Source: Octopus sinensis (Eukaryota). Taken from it: a stretch of DNA of 64,000 bases. Positions 24,844 through 37,029 of the stretch are shown piece after piece. The stretch is from assembly GCF_006345805.1 (NCBI RefSeq), contig NC_042997.1:119970001-120034000 (forward strand). The letters are read 5' to 3'. Numbering within the stretch: the stretch's first letter is position 1; each line of letters begins with the position of its first letter. Under the pieces are notes generated by a model. The model was not told the DNA's origin, made no database searches, and saw nothing but the letters and a program-made list of their open reading frames with translations. The position numbers and the translations under genes were made by a program.

Positions 24844-26513
24844 TAAATCTTTATTATAGGCACAATGGCCCGAATTAAGAGGAGACATAACAATACAGGA
24901 TATGGGGTACATATAATAAAAAAAATACAAAAAGGATGGTATGGCAATGAATTATTTGTAATGAATTAAATGGAATGTCTTACGAGACCCCCAAAGCTCG
25001 AAGTTTCATTTACAATTACAATTGTGTTATTCAGGGCGTTCATCCGTCATGTACTCGAGTAACTTCTCCTGTTCTATAATACCTGGCAATCAGTCATACC
25101 GAATGTATTGCATTACGCATACAGTTGTATACACCTTTTCAGTGTCATTACTGTCTCTCCTTCTACAATCGCCGCCTTCACTTGGCCATCAAATATCTTC
25201 GGGTTCAACTTCACTCTAATTAGACTTTTCATATTTGTCGACTTCTTCTCAATTTCCTTGTCCTTCATGTACAACATTATAGCTTTAAGATTTCTTCCTT
25301 ACATCTTTTCAGTTGTTCTTCCTTTCTTCTTTCCCATTCTTCCCCTACCTGCCAATTTGAAACTTCACTCACTTTCGTTTCTGTATCTTTCTCTTCGTGC
25401 GTTCGATCCTCTATCTCGTCGGTAGACTTCTTTTTAACCTTTTCTTTTTTTTGTGCTTTTGGTGGTGATTCCACCCGTGTTCTCTTCGTATCCTCTTTTT
25501 CTGCTGTTCTTTCCTTTTCTTTCTCCTTCACCAACTCGTCACCACTTTCCACATTATCTGTAGTTACGATTTACTCTTCTGCTTGCAATTCCACATTCGC
25601 CTTTTGTAACTCCTCTGTCAAAGTCTCCAGTGATATCGTCTTCTCTTGTACTTCTCTTAGCGGACACATATCCTTCATATGGCCTCTAATTTTGCATTTG
25701 TAGCACAGAGGGGGTCTCCCCTCCACCTCGACTCGGAGACGTGTCTCGTCGGGGAACACCAACTCCTCTAGGATGTTATACAGGTATGGCATGGTTATGT
25801 GAACCAAAGCCTGCACCGCATAACCCCACCACTTCACTTCTTTCGACATTTCCACCTTCAGTATGCCGACGCTCTCTTTGCAGTTGAATACTATTGCCGC
25901 TACAATTCTTTCCATGTTCAGTTTCGGTGAAATTTTACTGATTCGTATTCTTACTGCTCTAATTCCACAATAGCTAGGTAGTAACATAGGTAGTAACACC
26001 CATTTTTCAGTTTTCAATATTTTCGTGGCGTTCCTCTTCACTTCATCTTCGTTTTCAAAATGAATAACTACTGTTGCGTATTTTCTACTTCTATTGTAAA
26101 AGGTAGTTTCTCCTTCAATTTCCTGTAGAAACCTCTCGATTTCTTCCACCTCTGCCACTTCTATTCTCTTCGAAGCCACGCTCCACGTTCTGTATGTTAT
26201 AATACGCTTCTCTGCTTCTTTCGCTTCGTCTTCAGGTGATGTGACCCTCAGGCAATCACCCTCCTTCTTGAAGCTGTTGAAGTATTTCTTCAAACTCTCT
26301 TTCTCGACGACCACTTCCTCCAACTGCATTTCGCTTGCAGCCAGGCCCTTGCATGCTGCTCCCGCATAAGTTTGGGCTTGCATACCCAACAAAAACTCCA
26401 ACAATTCACCACGCCGTAACAGCTTTCACCAACGAATTCGAACTCACAACCGCGATACACAATAACCGTAACACAAAATAACCGACACAAAAACCGCCAG
26501 CCGCAGATCCCTT
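24844..26513 (-). mobile_element. 1.67-kb ORF1-only (gag-like) retroposon bounded by a 12-bp TSD
   Basis: CTAGCTGAAGAT at 24832-24843 and 26514-26525; single copy (ctagctgaatat) at the empty site in the inverted arm; AATAAA six nt from the 3' end; no RT or endonuclease motifs. Confidence 0.8.
25028..26404 (-). pseudogene. LINE ORF1/gag-like nucleic-acid-binding protein with CCHC knuckle, frameshifted
   Basis: 277-aa ORF ending RVEVEGRPPLCYKCKIRGHMKDMC (C-x2-C-x4-H-x4-C), then a charged region (25277-25552) and a further broken frame ending IEQEKLLEYMTDERPE*. Confidence 0.75.
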
Positions 26514-26670
26514 CTAGCTGAAGATATCTGTCTCGACTTGGTAAATATATATATATAATTTTCAGTTAAGTTTATTCACTGTTCACCAAAATCAGAAGTA
26601 TTAAATTTCTAAATATCTCATAGAGATATGTACGGTGGTGGGGCGATAGAGTGATTGTATACTGTCAACT

Positions 26671-26832
26671 TAACGTGACAGTATCTCTATGAGATATTAA
26701 CGTGACAGTATCTCTATGAGATATTAACGTGACAGTATCTCTATGAGATATTAACGTGACAGTATCTCTATGAGATATTAACGTGACAGTATCTCTATGA
26801 GATATTAACGTGACAGTATCTCTATGAGATAT
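26671..26832. repeat. Six perfect copies of the 27-mer TAACGTGACAGTATCTCTATGAGATAT
   Basis: Direct reading; located at the inversion point of family 2. Confidence 0.95.
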
Positions 26833-26946
26833 TTAGAAATTTAATATTTCTGATTCTGGTGATCAGTGAATAAATTTCACTGAAAATTAGATATATATAT
26901 TTACGAAGTCGAGACAGATATATTCAGCTAGCAGGCTTCTGCTACT

Positions 26947-26991
26947 CTAGAACGATGATGGGCAAAGACCCTGAAACATGCGTGTCTCTAG
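26947..26991 (+). ncRNA. Hammerhead-like motif, degenerate core ACGATGA
   Basis: ctaga ACGATGA tgggcaaagaccct GAAAC atgcgt GTC^tctag. Confidence 0.5.
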
Positions 26992-27332
26992 TTGCGGGCC
27001 TAGCTGTTGGGGGTATTTGTCTCCCCCTTCGTAAATATATAAGGACACAGGAAATGTGTCGAAGCCGACAGGAAGCGTCGATGCTTCCTAGGGCTAAACA
27101 GCAGTGTGTAATCCCCTACTGTCACGTTACGTTGACAGTATACAACCACCCTATCGCTCCACCACCGTACATATCTCTATGAGATATTTAGAAATTTAAT
27201 ATTTTTGATATATATATATATATATATATATATAACGGGAAGCTTTATGAAAATAGACAAAAGACGAAGGCAGGTGGAAAACAAACAAACAATTGTGTTA
27301 GTATAGCGCTCAGGAAATATAAATAAAACAAG

Positions 27333-27370
27333 TCTTTAACGTTTCGAGCCTACGCTCTTCAACAGAAAGA
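27333..27370 (-). ncRNA. Minimal type I hammerhead in the 3' pLTR, core CUGUUGA (A6U)
   Basis: tcttt CTGTTGA a GAGC gtag GCTC GAAAC GTT^aaaga. Confidence 0.7.
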
Positions 27371-28014
27371 TACACAGAGAGAAAAAAAACACAGAAAGAA
27401 GGAGAGAAAAAAAATGCGTGCAGTAACTAACGAATCAACATGGCGATCTGATTTCGGCCAGAGGTCAAAGATCGAACATGAGACGCGAGAGCGAAATAAG
27501 GGGAGATAATAGGGTTGATAATAGGGTTGAATGACCAGCTATTAGTGCGTAGGAGGGGTCTCGACGTGTGTATGTATAGGGTTGGTGTATGTATTAGTAT
27601 GTATAAGGGTGTGTGTGTGTGTGTGTGTGTGTGTATGAGAGAGTATTAGTGCGTAGGATAGGTCTGGACGTGCGTATGTATGGGGTTGGTGTATGTATTA
27701 GTATGGCACATCATATATGATGTGATGTGTAAAGTCGTGTGGTGTAGTGAGGAGAAGAGGGGGGGAGAAGAGGGGGGAAGAAGGGGAGGGGAAGAAGAGG
27801 GGGAAGAGAGGGGGAAGAGGAGAGGAGGGGGAGGAGGAGGGGGAGGAATAGGGAAAGAGGGAGAGAGGGAGAGAGAAGGGGAGTGAGGGAGCAGAGGGAA
27901 GGGGAAGAGGGAAGGAGGGAGGGAGAAGAAGGGAAGGGGAGTAGGGGTGAAAGGATGAAGGACTGAAGAAGTAGGGGTCGGGGGGAAGGATAGGTGAGGA
28001 GGGGGAGAGGGGGT

Positions 28015-30913
28015 TTAGATGAGGAGGCGGGGAGAGTTGAGACCAAATGGCGTATAAGAGCGAAGAGAGAAGATTAATTCCTGTTCACGGCGCAAACGGG
28101 AATCCGGATGGCCTCTGTGTAAGGACAAACCGAACACAGATAGGTGTTGCAAGGAGTGACCGGTGGAGCGGAAATGGCTTGAGACCGGTGTGTCGTTCGC
28201 AAGGTGGATGTCACGAAGGTGTTCCGCGAACCGGTCAGCCAAGCGGCGTCCCGTTTGTCCGATGTACAAGGAATTGCAGAGAGAGCAAGAGACGCAATGG
28301 ATAATATTGCTGGAGGTGCAGGTGAAGGAGTGGATGATGGGATAGGGTCGATGGTGGGTGCTAGTGAGGCGGGTGGTGTTGGAGAGGTAAGGGCAAGTGC
28401 GGCAACGTGGGCAGGAGCAGGGGAACGAGCCGGGTTGGGAGGTAGGGTCAGGGAAGGAGCTATGGACCAAAAGGTCTCGAAGGTTGTGGGCTCGTTTGAA
28501 AGAGGGGAGGGGTCGGTTAGGGAAGAGGTGTGAAGTGGACGGGTCGGACTGGAGATGACGGAAAGCTCGAAGAATGGTGCGTTGGAGACGTAGGGTCGTG
28601 GGGTGGTAAGTGAGGGGAAAGGGAGGCGGGAGACTACAGGTCGGGTTCGGGGAGAGAGAGCAGATACACGGTCCACGGACCGTGCTCTGGCAAGGGCGGT
28701 GTGGATAGTGGTGAGGGGGTATCCACGTAGGGTGAAGTGGTGAGCCATACGTTGAGACTGAGTCTCAAAGTCATGGTCGTCACTACAGAGCCTACGTAGA
28801 CGGAGGAATTGGGAATAGGGGATGGAAAGCTTGGTGTGTTCTGGGTGGGAGGAAGAGAAGTTGAGGTATGAGTGTGAGTCTGTGTGTTTGTAGTAAATGG
28901 AGGTGGTAAGAGTGGAGTGAAGAATGCTAACCGAAATGTCGAGGAAGGAGACAGAGGTATTGGAGATAGTGGAAGTGAAGTGGAGGGCTGGATGGAAAGA
29001 TTGGACGAAAGAGAGGAAGGAATCTAGATGTTCACGGGAGAGTGAGGTGGCACCGATAATGTCGTCAATGTAACGACCATATAGTTCAGGAGTGGGACCA
29101 GTGAAATTAGAGAATATTTGGGCCTCAACATAGCCAACGAACAGGTTCGCTTAGTTGGGGCCCATTCGCGTTCCCATGGCCACTCCCGAGATCTGATGGT
29201 AGAACTCGCCCGCGAACGAGAAGCAGTTCAGAGTAAGGACAAGTTCGGCCAGACGAATGAGTGTGGAGGTGTCAGGTACAGGGTTAGAGCGGAGGTCAAG
29301 AAAGTGTCGAAGGGCCTGCAGTCCTTCGTGGTGAGGGATGACAGTATAGAGGCTTTGGATGTCCATAGTAAAAAGGATTTTGGAGGAGCCGGGAGGAAAG
29401 GAGAAAGAGTTGAAAAGCCGGAGAGCATGGTTGGTATCGTGGATGTGGGAGGGAAGAGATGCCACTAGGGGGCAAGGACACGGTCGAGGTATTTAGAGAT
29501 GAGCTCCGTGGGGCAGTTACAGGCGGAGACGATGGGGCGGCCAGGGTTGTTGGGTTTGTGGATTTTGGGAGGAAGTAAATGGTGGGGGTACGTGGGGTTC
29601 GCACAATTAGGTTGGATACGGTGCGGGGGAGACGGAAGGACGAGATGAGGTCGCGGACAGTAGAGGATACCGTCTGTTGGTAGCTACGTGTGGGGTTAGA
29701 GGGCAGAGGGGAATAGAAGGAGGTGTCATTGAGTTGGCGGAAAGCCTCGGCCCTATAGAGGTCCGCGCGCCACACCACTACAGCTCCACCCTTGTCAGCC
29801 GGTTTGATGATAATGTCAGCGCGCCGTTGGAGGGAACGAAGAGCCAAGAGCTCAGCCGGGGAGATGTTGAGGCGGCGTTGGCGCCTGGAGAAGTTGAACC
29901 GTTCCAATGCACGCTGACAAGCGCCTGCGAAAAGATCCACTGCTAGGATCTGGCCAGGGGCAGGCGTCCACGGTGATGGTCGGGGCCCAGGCCAGTGAAG
30001 CGGTCCTCTTTGTTGGGTGTGGGTGGCGAGTTGTGGTAATGCGCACCCAACCGGACACGGCGCACAAAGCTGTGGACATCAACTCGCGTCTGGAATTCCT
30101 TACAGGATGGAGTGAGGGGGATGAAACGCAGACCCCTACCAAGGACGGAGCGTTCAGCCGCAGAGAGGGGAAGATCGGGGGGAATGGTAACAACAGACGG
30201 AAGTGGAGAAGGGGTGGGTGGAATAGAAGTAGGAGGGGTGGTAGGTCTCGTGGAGGTCTGAGGGGGAGGGATTGGGGAGGTGTGTGTGGGGTGGTTGGGG
30301 GGGCAGTAGGGTTAGGTGTAGGTGGATGGAGCCTATCGGGAGGGGAGAAGGGGGTGTAGGGAGGGGCAGTGGGGTTCGGTGTGGGTGGATGGAGCCTATC
30401 GGGAGGGGAGAAGGGTGGTGGAGGAGTTGGGGTAGTGGCGTCGGGTAGGGTGGAATGGAAGAGTGATTGGAGTTTACGAAGTTTGGTATCAGAAAGAAAT
30501 TGATGGAAGAGTTGATTCAAATGGATATGAAGCGTAGCGTGTTGGAGCATAGAGAGGCGGCAGAGAGGAGAAGAAGGTGGAGAAAGCAGGAGGAAGAGGC
30601 GGTTGATGGCATGTAGTTTAGAGAGATTGGAGCGAATGGTGGCCCGCATAAGGCGGTAAGATGTGGTGCGGAGTATGTGTAAGATGGAAGAATCCGAGTG
30701 GAGAGCAGGGTGGAAGTGGAGGCGGAAACCTTTAGGGATGAGTCGGTGATGTAGGCAGCGGCTTAGGAAAGAGACATGGCTAGAGAAGCGGGTTTTTTTA
30801 AAAAGAAGTAGAGAGAGATTAACGGACGGCTGAAGGCAATATACAGGAAGAGAACGGAGATGATCCTTCAAACGGTGATGGAGGGTGAGGAGGTAGGACC
30901 TAGGATCCGGCAT
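28015..30913 (-). pseudogene. PLE RT plus GIY-YIG endonuclease ORF, frameshifted
   Basis: Start MPDPRSYLL; IIIKPADKGGAVVVW; LFTMDIQSLYTVIP; ISGVAMGTRMGP; Cys linker CPRCRTC; SLYIGQTGRRLADRFAEH..VSSHF. Confidence 0.88.
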
Positions 30914-31626
30914 GATGGGATAGCGGAAAAAAAACAAACGTTCGAAAAAACAAAAACAAAAAAAAAACAAAAAATTATCGTATGAAAAAAATAGAAAAAA
31001 AGGATAGCGAAAAAAGGGGAAAAAACAAACGTTCAAAAAAACAAAAAAATAATAATCGTATGAAAAAACTAGATAAGTAAGCGATAGGGGTAGAAAAGAC
31101 GGGGCAAACGGAAAAGGGAAATAAAGAAGGGAAGCAGAGAGAGGGGGAGGCAAAAAAATGGGGGTGCAGGCAGAGGAAACAGAGTATGGACATCCCGAGA
31201 GGGAAGAAAGACGGAAAGGAGAACAAAAATGCAGGAAAATGTGGAAAGCATGAAATGAATGTAAAAAAAGTGGTAATATATGAGAAACTAAAAATACAAC
31301 AAACGAGACAGTTTATGCGAACAAGTTCAAGGTGAGAAATGTGTAGACGTCGTGGTATATTTTTTAAGGATTTCACATCAATGTAAAGTCACTTTGATCC
31401 GCGAAAGAGAGGTGCAGCCAAAGGTAAGTATCCAAGAGGTAAAGAAAATCCAAGGTAGAGGTAAGTGTTGATAGTGGTATTGGTAGAATATAGGATGAAA
31501 GTGAGACCACGTGAGCGCATAATATATAACGGGAAGCTTTATGAAAATAGACAAAAGACGAAGGCAGGTGGAAAACAAACAAACAATTGTATTAGTATGG
31601 CGCTCAGGAAATATAAATAAAACAAG

Positions 31627-31664
31627 TCTTTAACGTTTCGAGCCTACGCTCTTCAACAGAAAGA
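31627..31664 (-). ncRNA. Minimal type I hammerhead in the 5' pLTR, core CUGUUGA
   Basis: Identical to 27333-27370. Confidence 0.7.
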
Positions 31665-31897
31665 TACACAGAGAGAAAAAAAAAACACAGAAAGGAGAGA
31701 AAAAAATGCGTGCAGTAACTAACGAATCAACATGGCGATCTGATTTCGGCCAGAGGTCAAAGATCGAGCATGAGACGCGAGAGAGCGAAATAAGGGGAGA
31801 TAATAGGGTTGATAATAGGGTTGAATGACCAGCTATTAGTGCGTAGGAGGCGTCTGGACGGTGTATGTATAGGGTGGTGTTGTATGTAGTAGTGTAT

Positions 31898-31932
<35 letters not shown>

Positions 31933-32453
31933 AGAGAGTATTAGTGCGTAGGATAGGTCTGGACGTGCGTATGTATGGGGTTGGTGTATGTATTAGTATG
32001 TATTAGTATGTATTAGTACGTATTAGTATGTATAAGTGTGTGTGTGTGTGTATGAGAGAGTATAAGTGCGTATGAGGGGTCTGGACGTGTGTATGTATTA
32101 GTATGTATTAGTATGTATTAGTACGTATTAGTATGTATTAGTTGGTGTATGTTTTAGTATGGCACATCATATATGATGTGATGTGTAAAGTCGTGTGGTG
32201 TAGTGAGGAGAAGAGGGGAGGGGGAGAAGAGGGGGAGGAGAGGGGGGAAGAGGAGAGGAGGGGGAGAGAGAGAGGAGGAGGCGAAGGAAGGGGAGGAGGA
32301 GGGGGAGGAAGGAGGAAAGAGGGAGAGGGGGAGAGAGAAGGGGAGTGAGGGATGTTTTCCACCTGCCTTCGTCTTTTGTCTATTTTCATAAAGCTTCCCT
32401 TTATATATATATATATATTGTTATATTCGGAATGGTCATTTTGCCAGTTTAGC

Positions 32454-32497
<44 letters not shown>

Positions 32498-32571
32498 ATT
32501 ATTTTAAGGAATATATAACCTAACTTACAGGGAAAAATTCAATTCAGAAATACTAAATTAAATTTCACAAA

Positions 32572-32640
<69 letters not shown>

Positions 32641-32911
32641 AATTAGGAAAAAGACACTTTTATCAATTCAAAATGAACAATTAAATTACACCATGTAGAA
32701 AATTACATATAATAGAAATATTAAAATTAAAATATCAATAATATACGGATGGTTTCTACCAAATATATACGTTTTTATTATTTTGCAATTTACTTAATCA
32801 TCGGTATATTATTGTTATTTTAATTTTAATATTTCTATTATAAGTTATTTTCTAGATGTTGCAATTTGATTGTTCATTTTGAATTGATTAAAGGTTTTTT
32901 TTTCTAATTTA

Positions 32912-33273
32912 TCTCTCTATATATAAACGGCAGTTTGTCTGTGCGTTTTCTGTGTGTCTGTTTTCTCGTACCCTCACTCTGACCACGGCTTTCAACCGAT
33001 TCTGATGAAACTTGACACACACATAGCCCAATGTCATAATTCAAAACTAACGCAGCGAAAATTTTGAAAAATTCCCCCAGTTCTGAAAAAAATCGATAAA
33101 TTCGACATGGGGTTGAGAATCAGAAACCCAAACCACAGACCGTCTAGGGGACGCAACTCCACCTTTTTTAACTCTCAAATAAAAATTACCATAATTTTTT
33201 TTCCATAACTCTCTAAAAATGCTTTATAGTTATTTCCCTTACAAACCTGAGCAACGCCGGGCGATACTGCTAG
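32912..33273 (+). mobile_element. Non-autonomous Helitron (shares 3' end with 5988-6901)
   Basis: 5' TCTCTCTATATATAAA; 3' gagcaacgccgggcgatactgCTAG then T. Confidence 0.7.
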
Positions 33274-33329
33274 TATATATATATATTTATGCTAATTGCA
33301 ACCTCTGCACAGGAATCTTCCTCTTCAAT

Positions 33330-33985
33330 CAATAAATACTGTGATGAGATTTTATATGACTACCAAGACATGCCCTTAACAAACAGACTCTACTGCAGAC
33401 CTTACAAATAATATTAAGCAGAAAAGTGCCTGGGATTGTAATGAAATCCTATCTACGGGGTGCTCGTTTCCTGAGAGATTGTTCCATTCTCCGAGCTTCT
33501 AATGTTTTACACCTATTGTAGATCATTTGTTTCGAAACCGATCGATCTTGCGACGTCTCCCATTTTTCAACTTTCAGCTATATTGGATCTGTTCTCTAGA
33601 GCTTGTATTGCCTAAAAAACAAAGATCATGTTTTGTCAGCCATCAGGCCAACCCTGTGTGTAACCGAACGTCTTCGTCTAGGATACAAGATTAGTTGTGT
33701 TTGGTTCGTTCCTCTAACATGGCACCATTCTCTCTAGAGCTGGATCCCTTGATTCTCAAATGAAGCTAATTATTGAAAAGCCAGCGTGCGTTTTCTGATA
33801 GAGGTATCACATTCAATACCATGCTTAGTGTCTATGAATCTTGCACTTTAACGGTTCTCCTGTACTCTTCAAAGCGCTGGGTGACATATCGGTACCACAT
33901 CAAGGCTTTAGAAAGATTCCATCAGACTTGCCTAAGGACGATACAAGCCATCAAATGGAAGTCTTTAACGCCAGACACTGTCGTT
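33330..33985 (+). pseudogene. RTE (BovB-like) LINE relic, RT/C-terminal part
   Basis: VYESCTLTVLLYSSKRWVTYRYHIKALERFHQTCLRTIQAIKW. Confidence 0.7.
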
Positions 33986-34699
33986 ATTCATACACACTCA
34001 CACACATTTGTATGTGTGAGTCTGTGTGTCTGTATGTGTGTGTCTATCAGTGTCTCTGTGTATGTGTGTCGTGTCTGTGTTTGTGTGGTCAATAAGGAAC
34101 TCATTTGTAAATGATTTATGTTAACTATATCCAAGAATCAGACAGAAATCTATGCAATTACAAAACACATGTAAGAAATTTCTGGGGAATGAGTATTAGA
34201 TCCAAACGCCATCTAGAAGAATTTCGAGAAATTTCAGAGCATTAGAAAAGAACAATATGTATGGAGTCAATCACATCTTTAATCGTAAAATTCTCCTTAA
34301 AAAGACGACAATTGGTTCTGTGTTATTAACATATTTTGATATCGAAAATATTGAAATTAATATTTTCGAATATAATTGTCAACACAACATTTTCAGAGCG
34401 ATGCAAACTTAGTTAAATCCAAAGTGAACCAGTGCACGAACACATTCAAAATGAACGCTAAGAAGAAATTTAATCTAGCAAAAGCTATTTTTGTAATCAA
34501 CTTTTGGTGACGTCAGTGGATAAGTAAAGAAGGAATGCTAGACATAAGAATTCTAAATTACGACATATAGAAAAGTAGAGATTTTACCTGTTTAAAACAA
34601 GAATCAGTTACGTTTAAATCTAGAAAATATATGCGTATTACATATCACATGGAAAGCAATTATAATGAAAGACTAAAGTATTTAAATACCTTCCGAAAT

Positions 34700-34925
34700 T
34701 TCTGGCACCATTAAATTGAAAATATCCCGTTAAAATAAAATATTTAGAAATAATTATGTAAGAAATTGCTTGCATGTAAAGATCACATATGGAAGTGCCA
34801 ATATTGTACGATGGTGTGTAATTAATAATGGACCACTTTAAATCAAACTTACTGTTCCTTTCTTTTAAATCGCATATACAGTTACTAAGATTTGTAGAAT
34901 TACATTTTCTTCTGTTTATATTATA
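34700..34925 (-). pseudogene. Relic of a Naiad-like GIY-YIG C-terminus
   Basis: STNLSNCICDLKERNSKFDLKWSIINYTPSYNIGTSICDLY aligns by eye with AGLSKLIWRLKNTNSSYSLERSILSVALPFDRGRRKCNLC of the 904-aa ORF. Confidence 0.55.
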
Positions 34926-34984
34926 TACCCAACCTAAAGGCGGCGAGCTGGCAGAACCGTTAGCACGCCGGGCTACACACAACA

Positions 34985-36520
34985 GACTTAAACCCCTAAC
35001 ATTTCCACACATTTATCCCCTTTCTCCTTGTACAGTGACACTAAACAGACATTGTACTTATCCTTTGGTACATTTCCAGCTATATAACAAATATTCATAA
35101 GCCTCACTAAACATTCATTCACTGTCAATCCACCTATCTTTAGGCACTCCACTGTACACCCATCTATACCTGACGCCATCCGGTTTGCCATCTTCCGCAA
35201 AAGTTCCCTCACCTCCTCTCTTCCAATCGCACCGTAGTTCCATTCCCCCAAAACAGGCATACTTCTCATTCTAACTACAGCCACTATATTTGCCTCCCCA
35301 ACATCCTCCGCATTTAACAGCTCACTAAAATATTCTTCCCAACTACATTATTTACATTATTTACATTTGACGGACGTTTGTCCTCATCTTGTTTGTTGTT
35401 AACACGTTTTGGCTGATATAGCCTGCGTCCTTCATCAGATGTCTTGGGGAAACGTCGTATTAACAACAAACAAGATGAGGACAAATATCCGTCAAATGTA
35501 AATAATATAACTAATTTAAATAATATGCATCTCCTAAATATAGGACTGTATCTTCCCATATACTTCGTATATCCTCACTTCCTCTCAACAAATTTCCATT
35601 TACATCCTTCACCCTTTCGTTCCTTCCTCCATCCATTTTTCTAAATCTTTGTACCTCTTTCAAAAACATGTTTACTTCTTACAAAAGTTTCACTAAACTT
35701 TCTCCCGAGCATTTCACGCGCCTCACATTTCGCCTACATCACCACTCTCTTTACTCTTCCCAGCACTTCTCTGTAGCGATCATGATCCTCTCCACCCCAT
35801 TTCTGTGACCACTCTTCAAAGGCCCTTTTCTTCTCTACCACCGCGTCCCTCACCTGCTTATTCCATCACTCACTACCTTTCCTCATACCCATTCGAACCA
35901 CTCGTGCACTACATAACTCAGAAGCACATCTCACTACTGCCTCGTTAAAAGACTTTCACTCCTCTCCACATCTCCTACCTTTCGTTTCTTAACCTGTTAC
36001 TATTCACCTTTCAGTCTCTCTTCATACGCCTCTTCTTTCTCTCTCCTACTCATTCGCTCACCTTCACAACAACTTTTCTCCCTGTCACTCGTCTAGCATT
36101 CCATTTTGAGCGTACCTTCAACTTACCCTGTACTACTAATTGATCTAACACGCCTCCACTTTTACCTCTCATTACATGCACATCCACCAACCTTCCTACC
36201 ACTCTCTTATCAATACATATATCAAGGCCTTATCCACTACTTTTCCTCCCTCTACCCTCCACCACGTGTACTTATTCTTCTCTCACTTTCCGAAAAGACT
36301 ATTCCCCACCACCAACTCGTGCTCCATACACATTTCCAACAACTCCTTTCACTCTCATTCCAACCAAGAACTCAATATTTTCCTACTACATTTTCTATTT
36401 CCTCATTTTTCACTGCTGCATTCAAATCAGCCAACGCCACCACATCATTACACTCTCTATCTCTCTCCTCTTTACCTCAATTGCACTACATCAAAACACA
36501 TTCCATGACCTTAGTACTAG
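34985..36520 (-). pseudogene. Degenerate APE-type LINE (RTE-X/CR1-like) endonuclease to RT region
   Basis: EEVRELLRKMANRMASGIDGCTVECLKIGG...VSLYKEKGDK; interrupted by a small fold-back at about 35350-35520. Confidence 0.6.
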
Positions 36521-36909
36521 GGTGAGATTTGGTGTTAACTTCCCCCCATCACTTGTCATTTTCTTGCCGAATTTTTAGGAATATGGATTAACTAGGAGAG
36601 GATTCTCAATCCCCTTTTAGACTCCTCTTACGACACATACTATACTTACATGAATGAGATTTTTTATGAAATCTAGATCGCAAAATTGTAGCAGATGAAT
36701 TTATGTAATAATAGTTACGATCACTTGGTATTACATTGAATTGGTAGACTGTATTTTTCCTTAAACACTGATTGTCTAAAATACAACTGAATAAACGCCT
36801 GTGTAATTGTAAAAAACAAAATTGTCCGCCCTTTAGAGAATCAGACCACAGCCACAAGGCTGAATCGAATAGAAGAATGAAAGAAAAAAGAATGTAAGAA
36901 TATATATAT

Positions 36910-36951
<42 letters not shown>

Positions 36952-37029
36952 AATATCCATACATATATACACATACACACACATACACATACACACACAT
37001 ATATGATAGATCGGTAGCCACTACACTCA

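Larger units (their letters stand above)
24622..27208. mobile_element. Retrozyme-like non-coding element (family 2, ~355-nt monomer) in inverted arrangement, left copy interrupted by an ORF1-only insert
   Basis: 24622-24843 plus 26514-26683 form the left copy; 26817-27208 is the inverted copy; tatctctatgagatattta at 26817 and 27172 gives a period of 355. Confidence 0.8.
27235..32400 (-). mobile_element. Penelope-like element, Neptune type, with two pLTRs and an inverted terminal tail
   Basis: pLTRs 27235-27890 and 31529-32352; 32353-32400 is the reverse complement of 31529-31577; RT and GIY-YIG fragments lie between. Confidence 0.9.

Noticed and set aside
26671-26832. 27-bp repeat array as a CRISPR
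   Set aside because: The repeats are contiguous with no spacers, the context is eukaryotic, and there are no cas genes.
35395-35445. Minus-strand CTGATGA..AGCC-AAAAC motif in a small fold-back
   Set aside because: G12 is lost and no consistent stem I/III with a valid triplet can be built; not counted as an HHR.
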